From: an uncultured bacterium
GTDB taxonomy: Bacteria; Planctomycetota; UBA1135; GCA-002686595
Assembly: GCA_943787795.1 (NCBI GenBank)
Contig: CALSNU010000001.1
Coordinates: 1,184,001-1,248,000 of the forward strand
Length of the DNA: 64,000 bases
Direction: 5' to 3'
Below are positions 40,387-50,069 of the stretch, one piece after another. Within the stretch, counting starts at the first letter, position 1. Every line of letters starts with the position of its first letter. The translations under genes were made by a program, and so were the position numbers. The notes under the pieces were generated by a model that was not told the origin of the DNA, did no database searches, and saw nothing but the letters and a program-made list of their open reading frames with translations.

Positions 40387-41103
40387 ATGACCTATCGACG
40401 CGTCCTATTGAAGATGTCCGGAGAGGCGCTCGGCGCCGCGGACACCGGCCACGGGATCTCCGCACCCGACGTGCAGAAGATCGCCCGACAGGTCGCTCGG
40501 GTCTGCGAGCTCGGGGTCGAGGTCGCGATGGTCGTGGGGGGCGGGAACATCCTCCGCGGGGCTGAGTTCTCCGAACTCGGGGGGCACAGGGCCAACGCGG
40601 ACTACATGGGAATGCTCGGGACGGTCATCAACGCCCTCGCCATGTCCGACGCCCTCGAGAGCCAGGGCCTCGAGACGCGGGTCATGACGGCGCTCGAGAT
40701 CCGTCAGGTCGCCGAACCCTTCGTCCGGCGCCGTGCGGAGCGCCACCTCCGCCGCGGGCGGGTGGTGATCCTCGGAGCGGGCACTGGCAATCCATTCTTC
40801 ACGACCGACAGCGCCGCGGCGCTGCGGGCGAACGAGCTGGGATGCGACGTGCTGCTCAAGGCCACCAAGGTCGATGGCGTCTACTCCGCAGACCCCAAGC
40901 TCGACCCGGCGGCCACGCGCTACGAGGATCTCACCTACGACGAGGTGCTGCTCAAGAACCTCAAGGTCATGGACAGCACCGCCATCTCCATGTGTCGCGA
41001 CCACGGACTCCCTGTGGTCGTGTTCGACATGTTCAAGGAGGGCAACCTCGAGCGCGTCGTCGCTGGCGAGCCCGTGGGGACCCTCGTGCACCCCGCGTCC
41101 TGA
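40387..41103 (+). CDS. pyrH: UMP kinase
   Basis: LKMSGEAL, GGGNILRG, GTGNPFFTTD, KVDGVY. Confidence 0.97.
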   Translation: MTYRRVLLKMSGEALGAADTGHGISAPDVQKIARQVARVCELGVEVAMVVGGGNILRGAEFSELGGHRANADYMGMLGTVINALAMSDALESQGLETRVMTALEIRQVAEPFVRRRAERHLRRGRVVILGAGTGNPFFTTDSAAALRANELGCDVLLKATKVDGVYSADPKLDPAATRYEDLTYDEVLLKNLKVMDSTAISMCRDHGLPVVVFDMFKEGNLERVVAGEPVGTLVHPAS

Positions 41104-41185
41104 AGACACACCACAAGCGGTGCCCGCCCGGGGCCCGCCCGCCCAGACTTTCCAACGAAGGCCCCTGCCGGGGCTACGAAGAGAT

Positions 41186-41746
41186 ATGAGCTACGAGAGC
41201 GTTTTGAAAGATGCCGGGGCCCGCATGGAAAAGGCGGTGTCCCACACGAGCGACATGCTCAAGAACATCCGGACGTCGCGCGCCTCCTCGGCGCTCGTCG
41301 AGCATGTGCGGGTGGACTACTACGGCACCCCGACTCCCCTCAGCCAGCTTGCCCAGATCAGCGTCCCCGAGGCGCGGACGCTGGTGATCAAGCCCTTCGA
41401 CGCCAGCGTCATCAAGGAGGTCGAGAAGGCGCTCATGAAGTCCGATCTCGGGATCTCCCCGGAGTCCGACGGCAAGGTGATCCGGCTGACGATGCCGCCG
41501 CTCTCCGGCGAGCAGCGCAAGAAGTACGCTGCCAAGGCCAAGGACCTGGGTGAGGAGGGACGTGTGTCCCTGCGCAACGTCCGGCGCGATGCCAACAAGG
41601 ATGCCGACGCCCACAAGAAGAGCGGAGAGGTCACCGAGGACGGCCACAAGGACCTCCAGGACGAGATCCAGAAGTTGCTGAAGTCCTTCGAGGCCAAGGT
41701 CGGGGCGGCCCAGGACAAGAAGACCAAGGAGATCCTCGAGGACTGA
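41186..41746 (+). CDS. frr: Ribosome recycling factor
   Basis: IRTSRA, VDYYGTPTPL, RNVRRDAN. Confidence 0.96.
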   Translation: MSYESVLKDAGARMEKAVSHTSDMLKNIRTSRASSALVEHVRVDYYGTPTPLSQLAQISVPEARTLVIKPFDASVIKEVEKALMKSDLGISPESDGKVIRLTMPPLSGEQRKKYAAKAKDLGEEGRVSLRNVRRDANKDADAHKKSGEVTEDGHKDLQDEIQKLLKSFEAKVGAAQDKKTKEILED

Positions 41747-41862
41747 CGGAGGGGCGGCTTGTGGATCTCCGGGGCGGAATACTTGCGCCCCGTCTCAAAA
41801 GCCGTATCTTCTCGCCCTCGAACGCGCGGTCCTCGACCGCGCGCCGAATCGACACAACGGGT

Positions 41863-41938
41863 GGGCGCGTAGCTCAGTTGGTAGAGCAACTGGCTTTTAA
41901 CCAGTAGGTCCCAGGTTCGATCCCTGGCGCGCTCACCA
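41863..41938 (+). tRNA. tRNA-Lys (UUU)
   Basis: cloverleaf; anticodon arm ACTGG-CTTTTAA-CCAGT; GGTTCGA T-loop; encoded CCA. Confidence 0.97.
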
Positions 41939-42007
41939 CCCTCTTCGATTCCCCTGACCCTCCGCGCCCCGCCCACTGACCACGGGCAGGCCTGGCACCA
42001 TAGGGTG

Positions 42008-42133
42008 GGGACCCCGGGCCGATCCTCCGGGGAGCCCGAGTCGACCCTCCGGGGAGCCCGAGTCGACCCTCCGGGGAGCCCGGGCCGGCCCTCCGGGGAA
42101 TTCGGCCCGCTCCTCCGGGGAGTCCGAGCCGAC
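42008..42133. repeat. 22-bp tandem repeat CCTCCGGGGAGCCCGAGTCGAC x~5.5
   Basis: CTCCGGGGA recurs at 42025, 42047, 42069, 42091 and 42113. Confidence 0.93.
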
Positions 42134-42289
42134 GGATCCAGAACCGACAGGCTCGATCCCCCTGAGCCGGATCACGGACCGGGCTGAGGTGCCGGCGCGC
42201 CCTGTCCCGGGTCGCTAAAGAGCCTCGCGCATGGTCGCAGGCCTGCGGTCCCGGTGTGGCGCTTCGAGCGGCGCGGCGAGGGGGCCTCG

Positions 42290-43159
42290 TCAGCCTTGCC
42301 GTTGACCGGCCGTGGCGGAGAGCCCGCCGAGCCGCGGGTACGCCATGGACCAAGCACGGCAGCGGGCGGAGCCCATGAGGCTCGCGAGGACGACGAGCTG
42401 GGCGAGACCCCATGTCGGTCCGGCGAGGTAGCTGGCCAGGCCTGCGGCGGCGAGGATGAGGGTCCGGAGGATGAACTCCAAGGCCGCGAGCCGCCGAACG
42501 TGGCCGGGCCGGCCTCGCATCAGGCGCCAGCCGTGGAGGACGGCGGAGCCGACCCCGCGGTCGTGGCGAACGAGGCTGGCGAGCGCGAGCTGGTGGAGGG
42601 CGCCCAACTCCGCGGCGTACGCGAGCGTCAGGACCAGAGCCACGCCCGAGAGGATGACCCCGAATGGGCCGAGCGCCTCCGCGCCGACGAGGACCGTGAG
42701 CAGGACCAGCGGGCCAAGCAGCACGAACGTCCCGCAGGCCATCATGCCGAAGATCTGGAACCAGATGCCGGCCGCGGAGGTCTGGAGGGTCTTGCCCTCC
42801 GTCCAGGCCTTGGGCAGGGTCGTCCGCTGCGCCCTGTCAGGCTGATTGTGGATGGACAGCCGCGCCGCCCCACCGCCCACCCGGGCGCAGACCAGGAGCA
42901 GGGGGAGGGCGACGAGGAAGAGCGCCGCAGCTCCAGCGGGGCCGGGAATCGGCAGGCCGGAGCCCACGGCATTCGAGACCAGCTCCGCGTCCCCCGCCAG
43001 CGCAGCGAGCCCGGTCAGGGCCGCGGCGCCGCCAAGGACCCACGCGAGGCCGCTGAGCTCGTACGCCACCCCGGCGAGGCTGGGAATCGCTGCCCCGCGG
43101 ATCGCCTCGGCGAGGCTCCCGGGTTGATGGGAGCCGGAGGGTTGCGGCGTCGGGCTCAT
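42290..43159 (-). CDS. Hypothetical multi-pass membrane protein
   Basis: about 6 hydrophobic segments; starts 1 nt after the pepP stop. Confidence 0.65.
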   Translation of the reverse strand: MSPTPQPSGSHQPGSLAEAIRGAAIPSLAGVAYELSGLAWVLGGAAALTGLAALAGDAELVSNAVGSGLPIPGPAGAAALFLVALPLLLVCARVGGGAARLSIHNQPDRAQRTTLPKAWTEGKTLQTSAAGIWFQIFGMMACGTFVLLGPLVLLTVLVGAEALGPFGVILSGVALVLTLAYAAELGALHQLALASLVRHDRGVGSAVLHGWRLMRGRPGHVRRLAALEFILRTLILAAAGLASYLAGPTWGLAQLVVLASLMGSARCRAWSMAYPRLGGLSATAGQRQG

Positions 43160-43160
43160 C

Positions 43161-44498
43161 TCACCCCTTGGCGTCTGTGGCCGCCGCGCACATGGCCTCG
43201 ACCTCGTGGATGGCCTTCGGGACGTCGCCTGTTAGCACCTCGTGGCCCTCTTCGGTGATGAGGACGTCATCCTCGATGCGGATGCCGATCCCGCGCCAGC
43301 GGGCCTCGACCTCCATGTTCTCCGGGTCGACGTAGATCCCTGGTTCGACCGTGAAGACCATCCCGGGTTCGAGGGGCCGAGAGGCGCCGCCGGGGGTCGT
43401 GTATCGCCCGCAGTCGTGGACGTCGAGCCCGAGGTAGTGGCCCGTCTTGTGCATGAAGAACTCGCGGTAAGACCCGGATTCGAGGGCCTCTTCACGCGTC
43501 CCCTTGAGGAGCCCGTGCTCAAGGAGCCCGTCGACGATCACGCCGAGGGCGACCTCATGGATCCGGTCGTAGGGGACGTTCGGCCCGGAGACCGCGATCG
43601 CGGCCTCCTCGGCGTCGAGGACGACCTGGTAGAGCGCCCTCTGCTCCGCGGTGAACTTCCCGCCGACGGGGAAGGTGCGCGTGATGTCGGCCGCGTAGTA
43701 GTGCCACTCTGCGCCGGAGTCGACGAGCAGCAGGTCGCCGTCCTTGAGCGGCTGATCGTTCTCGATGTAGTGGAGGATGCAGGCGTTGGCGCCGCCAGCG
43801 CAGATGTGGCTGTACGCGGCGCCGCTAGAGCCGGCGCTCCGGTAGCCGTGGTCGAGGAAGGCCTCGGCCTCGCACTCGTTCATACCCGGCTGGACATGGC
43901 GCATGAGGGCTGCGTGGGTCTCGGCGCTGAGCCTGGCGGCGCGGCGCATGAGCTCGAGCTCAGCGTCACTCTTGATGACCCGGAGCTCGTGCAGGACCGG
44001 CCCGGTATCGAGCAGCTCCTTGGCGGGCTCCACCGGCCCGCGGGCCAGGTTGCGCAGGGAGGTGAAGGTCTCGACCATCCGCCGGTCGGCGACGTCGTCA
44101 TCTCCGAAGCGCCACATGATCCGTTCACGCCCCTCCAGCAGCTTGGGGAGCTCCGTCCAGAGCTCCTCGATGTCCATGGCGGTGTCCACTCCCAGGGCCT
44201 CAGGGGCGCGCTCGAGCCCCAGGCGGCGTCCGTCCCAGATCTCGCGCAGCTTGTCCCGCTCGCGCAGGAACAGGACCGAGCGGTGCGGCTCACCGTCCTC
44301 GCCCGGCAGCAGGACCAGGCAGGCGCCGGGCTCGTTCAGGCCGGTGAGGTACCAGAAGTCACTGGTCGGCCGAAACTTGTAGTCCGCGTCGTCGTTCCTC
44401 GTCTTGGTCGTCGCGGTGGGGATGACGGCCACCGCGTTGCGCTCGGCGAGCAGGTCGAGGAAGCGGGCGCGGTGCTGGGCGTGGATGGAGTCACTCAT
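43161..44498 (-). CDS. pepP: Xaa-Pro aminopeptidase P
   Basis: SDFWYLTG, ILHY, DSGAE..YAADITRTFP, HKTGHYLGLDVHD, TVEPG, IRIEDD. Confidence 0.95.
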   Translation of the reverse strand: MSDSIHAQHRARFLDLLAERNAVAVIPTATTKTRNDDADYKFRPTSDFWYLTGLNEPGACLVLLPGEDGEPHRSVLFLRERDKLREIWDGRRLGLERAPEALGVDTAMDIEELWTELPKLLEGRERIMWRFGDDDVADRRMVETFTSLRNLARGPVEPAKELLDTGPVLHELRVIKSDAELELMRRAARLSAETHAALMRHVQPGMNECEAEAFLDHGYRSAGSSGAAYSHICAGGANACILHYIENDQPLKDGDLLLVDSGAEWHYYAADITRTFPVGGKFTAEQRALYQVVLDAEEAAIAVSGPNVPYDRIHEVALGVIVDGLLEHGLLKGTREEALESGSYREFFMHKTGHYLGLDVHDCGRYTTPGGASRPLEPGMVFTVEPGIYVDPENMEVEARWRGIGIRIEDDVLITEEGHEVLTGDVPKAIHEVEAMCAAATDAKG

Positions 44499-44542
44499 GG
44501 TAGGAGCGCCACCATAACGCCCCGGCGCCCGGTCGGGCGCCC

Positions 44543-45673
44543 TCAGCGTTCCCTCAACCGGACCTCGATCGCGTGGGTCACGCGGCGCCTCAGGGCCTCG
44601 GGGTCCGCGGCGAGATCGAAGCGCAGCGCTGTGGGGAGCGGAGCGGCCCCCTCGCGGAGAACCTCGGCCGGCGAACCGACGCGCGCGGGGACACCGAGGA
44701 CGTCAGCGAAGGCGCGCGCCATGGCCGTCCAGCGTGGCCCCTGCTCCTCTTCCGGGACGACGAGGAGGAGCCCCCGTCCGGTGATGGAGCCGGGCAGAGG
44801 AGCCCGCGCCGAGGGGGCGGTGGGGAGGGCGAGGTCTCGCCGCTCGAGGCGGGCGAAGAGCGAGATCGGGTCCTCGGACGGGGCCACGTGCACCGTCAGC
44901 GGCGTCCCCGCCCAGTCGACCTGCGCTGCCTCGATCCCCTCGCCGGGCTCCTGGAGTTCCCAGTCCACGTAGACGCTCTTCAATCGATAGCCCGCGGGGG
45001 CCGGGAGCGCGACGCGGATGGTGATCGGGTCACCGGTCACATGGGTCAGCTCGGCGATGACGCCCGAGCCGTCCACCTTGAGCATCATGTCGAATGTGGT
45101 CCCCCCGGCGCGCAGGCCGCGCGCCGTGATCCGTCGATTCTCGATGCTCCCGATGAGCGCTGCTGCGCTGCGCGGCGGAAGCTGAGGCCGCAGGAGCGCC
45201 CCCTCGGTCAGGGGAGCCGGTCGACCGCCCCCGCCGAGCTGCGCCTCCGGGTCAAGGCCGGGGAACAGGTAGGGGATGGAGCCTGCCAGGGCCTGCGCGT
45301 CGCCGGCTCCGAAGGCGCCGATCCAGCCGTAGGCATCCTCCATGCGTCCGTCCCTCGTAGCGAGGCCGAGGAGGACCGAGACGGCCTCTCGCCGGGTCTC
45401 CGATGCGGAGACCTGCTTCATGGCGCGGCGCCAGTCCTCCCATGCGGCCTCCTCCGTGGCGAGAGCGCCGGCGACATGGGTGGACCTCCACGGGGCTGTC
45501 TCTGCGCCGACGGAGGCCCACAGTCTTCCAAGGGGGTCCTCGGGAAGATCCAGCCAGCCTCTCGGCGTGTCCTGGGCGGGGGCTGCGGTGGCGAGCCCAC
45601 TGGTCGAGAGCCCAAGGCCCAGCGTGAGTGCGGCGGCGATCGCCCAGGGGGCGCTGCGGAGGACGGAGAGCAT
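44543..45673 (-). CDS. Hypothetical exported protein
   Basis: signal peptide ending in A-Q; long ORF filling the gap. Confidence 0.65.
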   Translation of the reverse strand: MLSVLRSAPWAIAAALTLGLGLSTSGLATAAPAQDTPRGWLDLPEDPLGRLWASVGAETAPWRSTHVAGALATEEAAWEDWRRAMKQVSASETRREAVSVLLGLATRDGRMEDAYGWIGAFGAGDAQALAGSIPYLFPGLDPEAQLGGGGRPAPLTEGALLRPQLPPRSAAALIGSIENRRITARGLRAGGTTFDMMLKVDGSGVIAELTHVTGDPITIRVALPAPAGYRLKSVYVDWELQEPGEGIEAAQVDWAGTPLTVHVAPSEDPISLFARLERRDLALPTAPSARAPLPGSITGRGLLLVVPEEEQGPRWTAMARAFADVLGVPARVGSPAEVLREGAAPLPTALRFDLAADPEALRRRVTHAIEVRLRER

Positions 45674-45833
45674 GGCACCAACCTCCAGCACGGCCCATCC
45701 GGGGTCAAGCTCAGATCATCTCCCGCGAAGCGGCGGCTCGTTCGGGTTGCGTTGTCCGTGCCCATGCACGATTCTTCACGGCGGAGCCCGCGTCCCCTTT
45801 CTTCCACCAGCTCCCCGCCACCCCACCAGCGCC

Positions 45834-46091
45834 GTGATCCACCCCGACCTCCTCGCCATCCTCGCCTGCCCGGATTCTCGTCAGCCCCTCGACCTCGCGG
45901 ACGAGGCCACGCTCGGCGCGCTGAACGGGCGAATCGCCGCGGGCGGCGTCCAGAACGTGGGGGGGGCCGAAGTGTCCGTCGCACTTGAAGCCGGGCTGGT
46001 CCGAGAGGATGGAGCGATCGTCTACCCCGTCCGAGACGACATCCCCGTCCTGCTGCGCGAGGAAGGGATCGCTGTCGAGCCCGCAGGCTGA
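45834..46091 (+). CDS. Trm112/YcaR-like protein
   Basis: LLAILACP....L ... YPVRDDIPVLL..E. Confidence 0.85.
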   Translation: MIHPDLLAILACPDSRQPLDLADEATLGALNGRIAAGGVQNVGGAEVSVALEAGLVREDGAIVYPVRDDIPVLLREEGIAVEPAG

Positions 46092-46096
46092 GCGCC

Positions 46097-47356
46097 ATGC
46101 GGTTCCATCACCCCAGCTCGGACCGAGTCGTCCGGGTCGGGTACTGCCTCAACCTCCACGCGGCGGAGACCCTCACGGACGTCCGTCGGGCCATCGAGTC
46201 CTTCTCCGTGCCCCTGCGTGATCGCCTCGCCCCCGACGGGGAGAGCTTCGGGGTCGGGATGTACCTCGCTGCCGGCGCGGCCCGGGAGCTCCGCGAGGAT
46301 CCCCAGGCCCTCCGAGACCTGCGTGAGTTCCTCAGGGCGCAGCGGATCGATCCCTTCACGTTCAACGCGTTCCCCTACGGCGGCTTCCAGGAGGACGGCC
46401 TCAAGGCCCGCGTCTACCAGCCGAACTGGATGGAAGCCGCGCGAGTGGACTACACCGTCGACGTCGCGTGGGCCGCGGCTGGACTTGTGGAGGCGTCGCG
46501 GGACGAGCCCCGAATGGTCTCGATCAGCACGCACCCGGGGGCCTACGGCGCCGACATCAATGATCGCTCGGGGCTGCGCCGCTGCGCCGAGGGTATGGGG
46601 CGAGCGCTGGGGGAGTTCGTCCAAATCGAGGAGGAGACCGGCGTGCGCGCCGTGCTCTCCCTGGAGTCCGAGCCGGACGCGAGCGCGAGGAACGGGCGTG
46701 CGCTGGCGGAGTACCTGGTCTTCGCGCGGCTCATCGCGACCCGCGTCCTGCAGGACGAGTTCGGGGTCGACGTCGAGGGGGCCGCGCGGCTGGCCGCTCG
46801 GCATCTGGGGACCTGCCTGGACTGCTGCCACTCGGCCGTCGAATTCGAGGAGCCCGCCGACTCCCTGGCCCTCGCCACCCACGGGGGACCGCTGGGCAAG
46901 GTGCAGGTCAGCAGCGCCCTCCGCCTCCCCGAACCGGCCCTGTACCCCGAGGCGCGGGCCGAGCTCCTCGGGATGGACGAGCCCCGCTTCCTCCACCAGG
47001 TGACCGGTCGCGCGGACGGGTCGTTCATGCACCTGCCGGATCTCCCCGCGCTCTCCAGCGCTCTCGCGGAAGAGGGCAGCCCCTGGGCCAACGCCGAGGA
47101 GTGGCGCTGCCACTTCCATGTGCCCCTGGATCAGGCGACCTTCGGGGCCCTTGGGACGACCCAGGCCCACGCGGACCGGATCGTGGATGGCTTGCTGGCG
47201 GACCCTGAGGGCTGGAGCACCCCCGAACTCCACCTCGAGATCGAGACGTACACCTGGTCCATCCTTGGTGACCCAGGGCAGGTGGTGGACGGGCTCGCGC
47301 GGGAGTACGGCCACCTGACCGAGCGGCTCAGCGCTGCCGGATGGGCCTCGCGCTGA
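46097..47356 (+). CDS. eboE: Metabolite traffic protein EboE (xylose-isomerase-like TIM barrel)
   Basis: YCLNLH, FNAFPYGGF, VYQPNW, DCCHSAVEFE, EPRFLHQ, WRCHFHVPL, LEIETYTW. Confidence 0.88.
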   Translation: MRFHHPSSDRVVRVGYCLNLHAAETLTDVRRAIESFSVPLRDRLAPDGESFGVGMYLAAGAARELREDPQALRDLREFLRAQRIDPFTFNAFPYGGFQEDGLKARVYQPNWMEAARVDYTVDVAWAAAGLVEASRDEPRMVSISTHPGAYGADINDRSGLRRCAEGMGRALGEFVQIEEETGVRAVLSLESEPDASARNGRALAEYLVFARLIATRVLQDEFGVDVEGAARLAARHLGTCLDCCHSAVEFEEPADSLALATHGGPLGKVQVSSALRLPEPALYPEARAELLGMDEPRFLHQVTGRADGSFMHLPDLPALSSALAEEGSPWANAEEWRCHFHVPLDQATFGALGTTQAHADRIVDGLLADPEGWSTPELHLEIETYTWSILGDPGQVVDGLAREYGHLTERLSAAGWASR

Positions 47357-47383
47357 ACGGAGAAAATCCGCACGGGGGAGGGT

Positions 47384-47412
47384 TTGACATGACCAGGACC
47401 AGGCCCTATCTT
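47384..47412 (+). promoter_or_regulatory. Sigma70 promoter of tRNA-Glu
   Basis: TTGACA-17 nt-TATCTT. Confidence 0.8.
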
Positions 47413-47451
47413 CCCCGCCGTCGAACGTCCTTCGGGACAGACGTCACCCGT

Positions 47452-47529
47452 GGCCCTATCGTCTAGTCAGGCCTAGGACACCAGGTTTTCATCCTGGCGA
47501 CGGGGGTTCGAATCCCCCTAGGGTCACCA
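47452..47529 (+). tRNA. tRNA-Glu (UUC)
   Basis: cloverleaf; CCAGG-TTTTCAT-CCTGG; GGTTCGAATC; encoded CCA. Confidence 0.97.
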
Positions 47530-47672
47530 CCACTCCCTCTCCGGTTTCGAGAGGCCTCGCACGGGCGGGGCTGGCTCCTGGAGGCCGGGACCTCCAGTCC
47601 CCGCGACGGGGGAGAGGAGCGCTCGCAAGTGCTGTTGGCCGGACGACTGGCATCGGGCTCGTCGCCGCGCCG

Positions 47673-47742
47673 GTGTCTCCCCGTCAGTGTCTTCCCGCGA
47701 GTGTCTCCCCGTCAGCGTCGCCCCGCCAGTGTCTCCCCGCCA
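47673..47742. repeat. 14-bp tandem repeat GTGTCTCCCCG(T/C)CA x5
   Basis: read directly. Confidence 0.9.
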
Positions 47743-47846
47743 GGGTCCCCTCGGGGGCTCTCGGGTCGTCTCCCCATGAGGGTGAGCGCGCTCCCCATCC
47801 TCACGGGGTCTCCTGCCCCTGAGCGCGCTTCGTAAGCTGGCGGTCC

Positions 47847-48593
47847 ATGGCAAGAGAAGCGGGAGGAGCGAGGGGAGTGGGGGGCCGCGAGCCCAACCTG
47901 ATCTGGTCCGACGAAGGGGTCCCCTTCGCGCCGGACTACGACGATGTCTACTACTCCCGCAGCGGCATGGAGCAGGGCGACCTCGTCTTCGTGCAGGGGA
48001 GCGACCTGCCCGCACGCCTGGGCCGGGGCGAGTCCATCACGATCCTGGAGACGGGGCTCGGCCTGGGCGTGAATCTCCTGGCCGCCGTGAGGGCGCTGTT
48101 GGAGGCCGGACGTGGTGCGCTGTGCCACACCTCCATCGAGCTCCACCCGCTCTCGCCAGCGACCATGGCCGAGGTTCACGGGCGGCTCGGGCGGTTAGGG
48201 CGGCTCGGGCGGACGGATGAGGCGACCGAGGCCTTCCTCCGAGCGTATCCGGAGCTCCTGGAGGAGGGCGAGGCGACCCTGAGCCTCGGGGGCCACGTGG
48301 TCCCCCTGCGGCTCGTCGTCGGTGACGGCGCAGCGGCGCTCCGCCGGCTTGAATTCCGCGCCGACGCGATCTTCCTTGACGGCTTTGCGCCCGCGCGCAA
48401 CCCCGAGCTCTGGTCCCCAGAGGTGTTCGCCGAGCTCGCGCGCCTCGCGCGCCCCGGGGCCAGCCTCGCCACCTATACCGCAGCCGGCGCCGTTCGCGCC
48501 GGCCTGGATCGCGCCGGGTTCGAGGTGAAGCGGTGTGAAGGGTTCGGGTTGAAGCGACACCGGCTCTCCGGCACGCGCCGCGCGGACGTCTGA
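47847..48593 (+). CDS. mnmD: tRNA mnm5s2U34 methyltransferase (stand-alone MnmC N-terminal domain)
   Basis: YDDVYYS, VFVQG, ETGLGLGVN, FLDGFAPARNPELWS, ATYTAAG.VR, GFGLKR. Confidence 0.88.
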   Translation: MAREAGGARGVGGREPNLIWSDEGVPFAPDYDDVYYSRSGMEQGDLVFVQGSDLPARLGRGESITILETGLGLGVNLLAAVRALLEAGRGALCHTSIELHPLSPATMAEVHGRLGRLGRLGRTDEATEAFLRAYPELLEEGEATLSLGGHVVPLRLVVGDGAAALRRLEFRADAIFLDGFAPARNPELWSPEVFAELARLARPGASLATYTAAGAVRAGLDRAGFEVKRCEGFGLKRHRLSGTRRADV

Positions 48594-48706
48594 CCTGCGG
48601 CCGTGACCCGGAGGCGGTCCGCCGGGGGCGTCATCCCGGGGTGAGCCTCACGCCCAAGGGGCATTAGCCGCAGCAGCATTTGATGGGCTGCCATAGCATC
48701 GGTCCC

Positions 48707-49984
48707 ATGCCCATCCCGCCGATCTCACGCCGTCGAGTCCTCCGGAGCGCCGCCGCGCTCGCCACCTCGGCCGCAGCCGCACCCTTCATCCGGACGCGCC
48801 CACTGAGGGATCGCCTCAAGCTCGCGGCCATCGGCGTCGCGAATCGGGGTGCCGCCAACGTCGACGGCGTGCTCTCACAGGACGTCGCGGTGATGTGTGA
48901 CGTGGACTCCGCGATGCTCGCGCGCGGTCTGGCGCAGGTCGAAGCCGCCGGGCAGCTGCGCCCCAAGACCTACGTGGACTGGCGAGAGCTCCTCGAACAG
49001 GAGAAGGACCTCGCAGGCGTCGTGATCTCGACCCCCGATCACCTGCACGCGCCGATCGCGCGGGCAGCGCTACGCCGCAACATCGCCGTGTACTGTGAGA
49101 AGCCGCTGACGCGCACGGTGGAGGAGGCCCAGCAGCTCCAGGAGCTGGCGAAGAGCTCAGGCGTGGCCACCCAGATGGGCACGCAGATTCACGCGACCGA
49201 CAACTACCGCAGGGTGGTCGAGGCCATTCGAAGCGGCGCCATCGGTGACGTGCACACCGTGCATGTGGTGTGCCGGAAGTCATGGTCCAACGGCAAGTTC
49301 TCCGCGCCGAAGCCCGCGCCCAAGAACCTGGCTTGGGACCTTTGGCTCGGGCCAACCCCTGAGCGCCCCTATTGCGACGGCGTGCACCCCGGCAACTGGC
49401 GGCGCTTCTGGGCCTTTGGAACCGGCACCGTGGGGGACATGGCCTGTCACTGGGTCGACCTCGTGCACTGGGCCCTCGACCTGAAGACCCCCGTGGCGAT
49501 CGAGGTGGAGGGCCCCCCGGTGGACCCCGTGGGGACCCCTGCTTGGATGCATGTGAAGTGGTCCCACGCCGCGGCGGGGGACCGCAAGGCGGTGGATGTG
49601 CACTGGTGGGATGGCGGCTCCGCGCCGGAGGAGGCACCCCAGGGGGACAGCCATGTCTTCATCGGGAGCAAGGGCCGACTCATCTCGAACTACAACTCGA
49701 TGCGGGTGGAGCTCACGGACCCCTCAGAGCCGTGGCAAGCGCCCGCTCCGACCATCGCGAGCTCGCCCGGGCACCACGTCGAGTGGCTGAACGCCATCGA
49801 AAAGGGGACGCCGGAGGCGCCGCTGTGTCGCTTCGATTACGCGGGCCCCTTGACCCAGACGGTGCTCCTGGCGACGGTGGCCTACCGCGCGGGAGGGCAG
49901 GCCCGATGGGACGCCGGGAAGGGCGCGTTCGACGCGGACGCCGGGCTCATTGGAAGCGAAGACCGGCCGGGCTGGGACATCTGA
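48707..49984 (+). CDS. Gfo/Idh/MocA oxidoreductase with Tat signal
   Basis: SRRRVL, STPDHLH, CEKP, TQMGTQ, GDMACH. Confidence 0.92.
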   Translation: MPIPPISRRRVLRSAAALATSAAAAPFIRTRPLRDRLKLAAIGVANRGAANVDGVLSQDVAVMCDVDSAMLARGLAQVEAAGQLRPKTYVDWRELLEQEKDLAGVVISTPDHLHAPIARAALRRNIAVYCEKPLTRTVEEAQQLQELAKSSGVATQMGTQIHATDNYRRVVEAIRSGAIGDVHTVHVVCRKSWSNGKFSAPKPAPKNLAWDLWLGPTPERPYCDGVHPGNWRRFWAFGTGTVGDMACHWVDLVHWALDLKTPVAIEVEGPPVDPVGTPAWMHVKWSHAAAGDRKAVDVHWWDGGSAPEEAPQGDSHVFIGSKGRLISNYNSMRVELTDPSEPWQAPAPTIASSPGHHVEWLNAIEKGTPEAPLCRFDYAGPLTQTVLLATVAYRAGGQARWDAGKGAFDADAGLIGSEDRPGWDI

Positions 49985-50069
49985 CGGGGTGGCCTTCGGG
50001 GGCGACCTTGCCGGCGCCTCGATCCCGTTCGTCCGCGCCGCGACTCCACTCGACCGAGGCCCAGCCTGC

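Noticed and set aside
42008..42133. Repeat array next to tRNA-Lys as CRISPR
   Set aside because: Contiguous 22-bp units with no unique spacers and no cas genes
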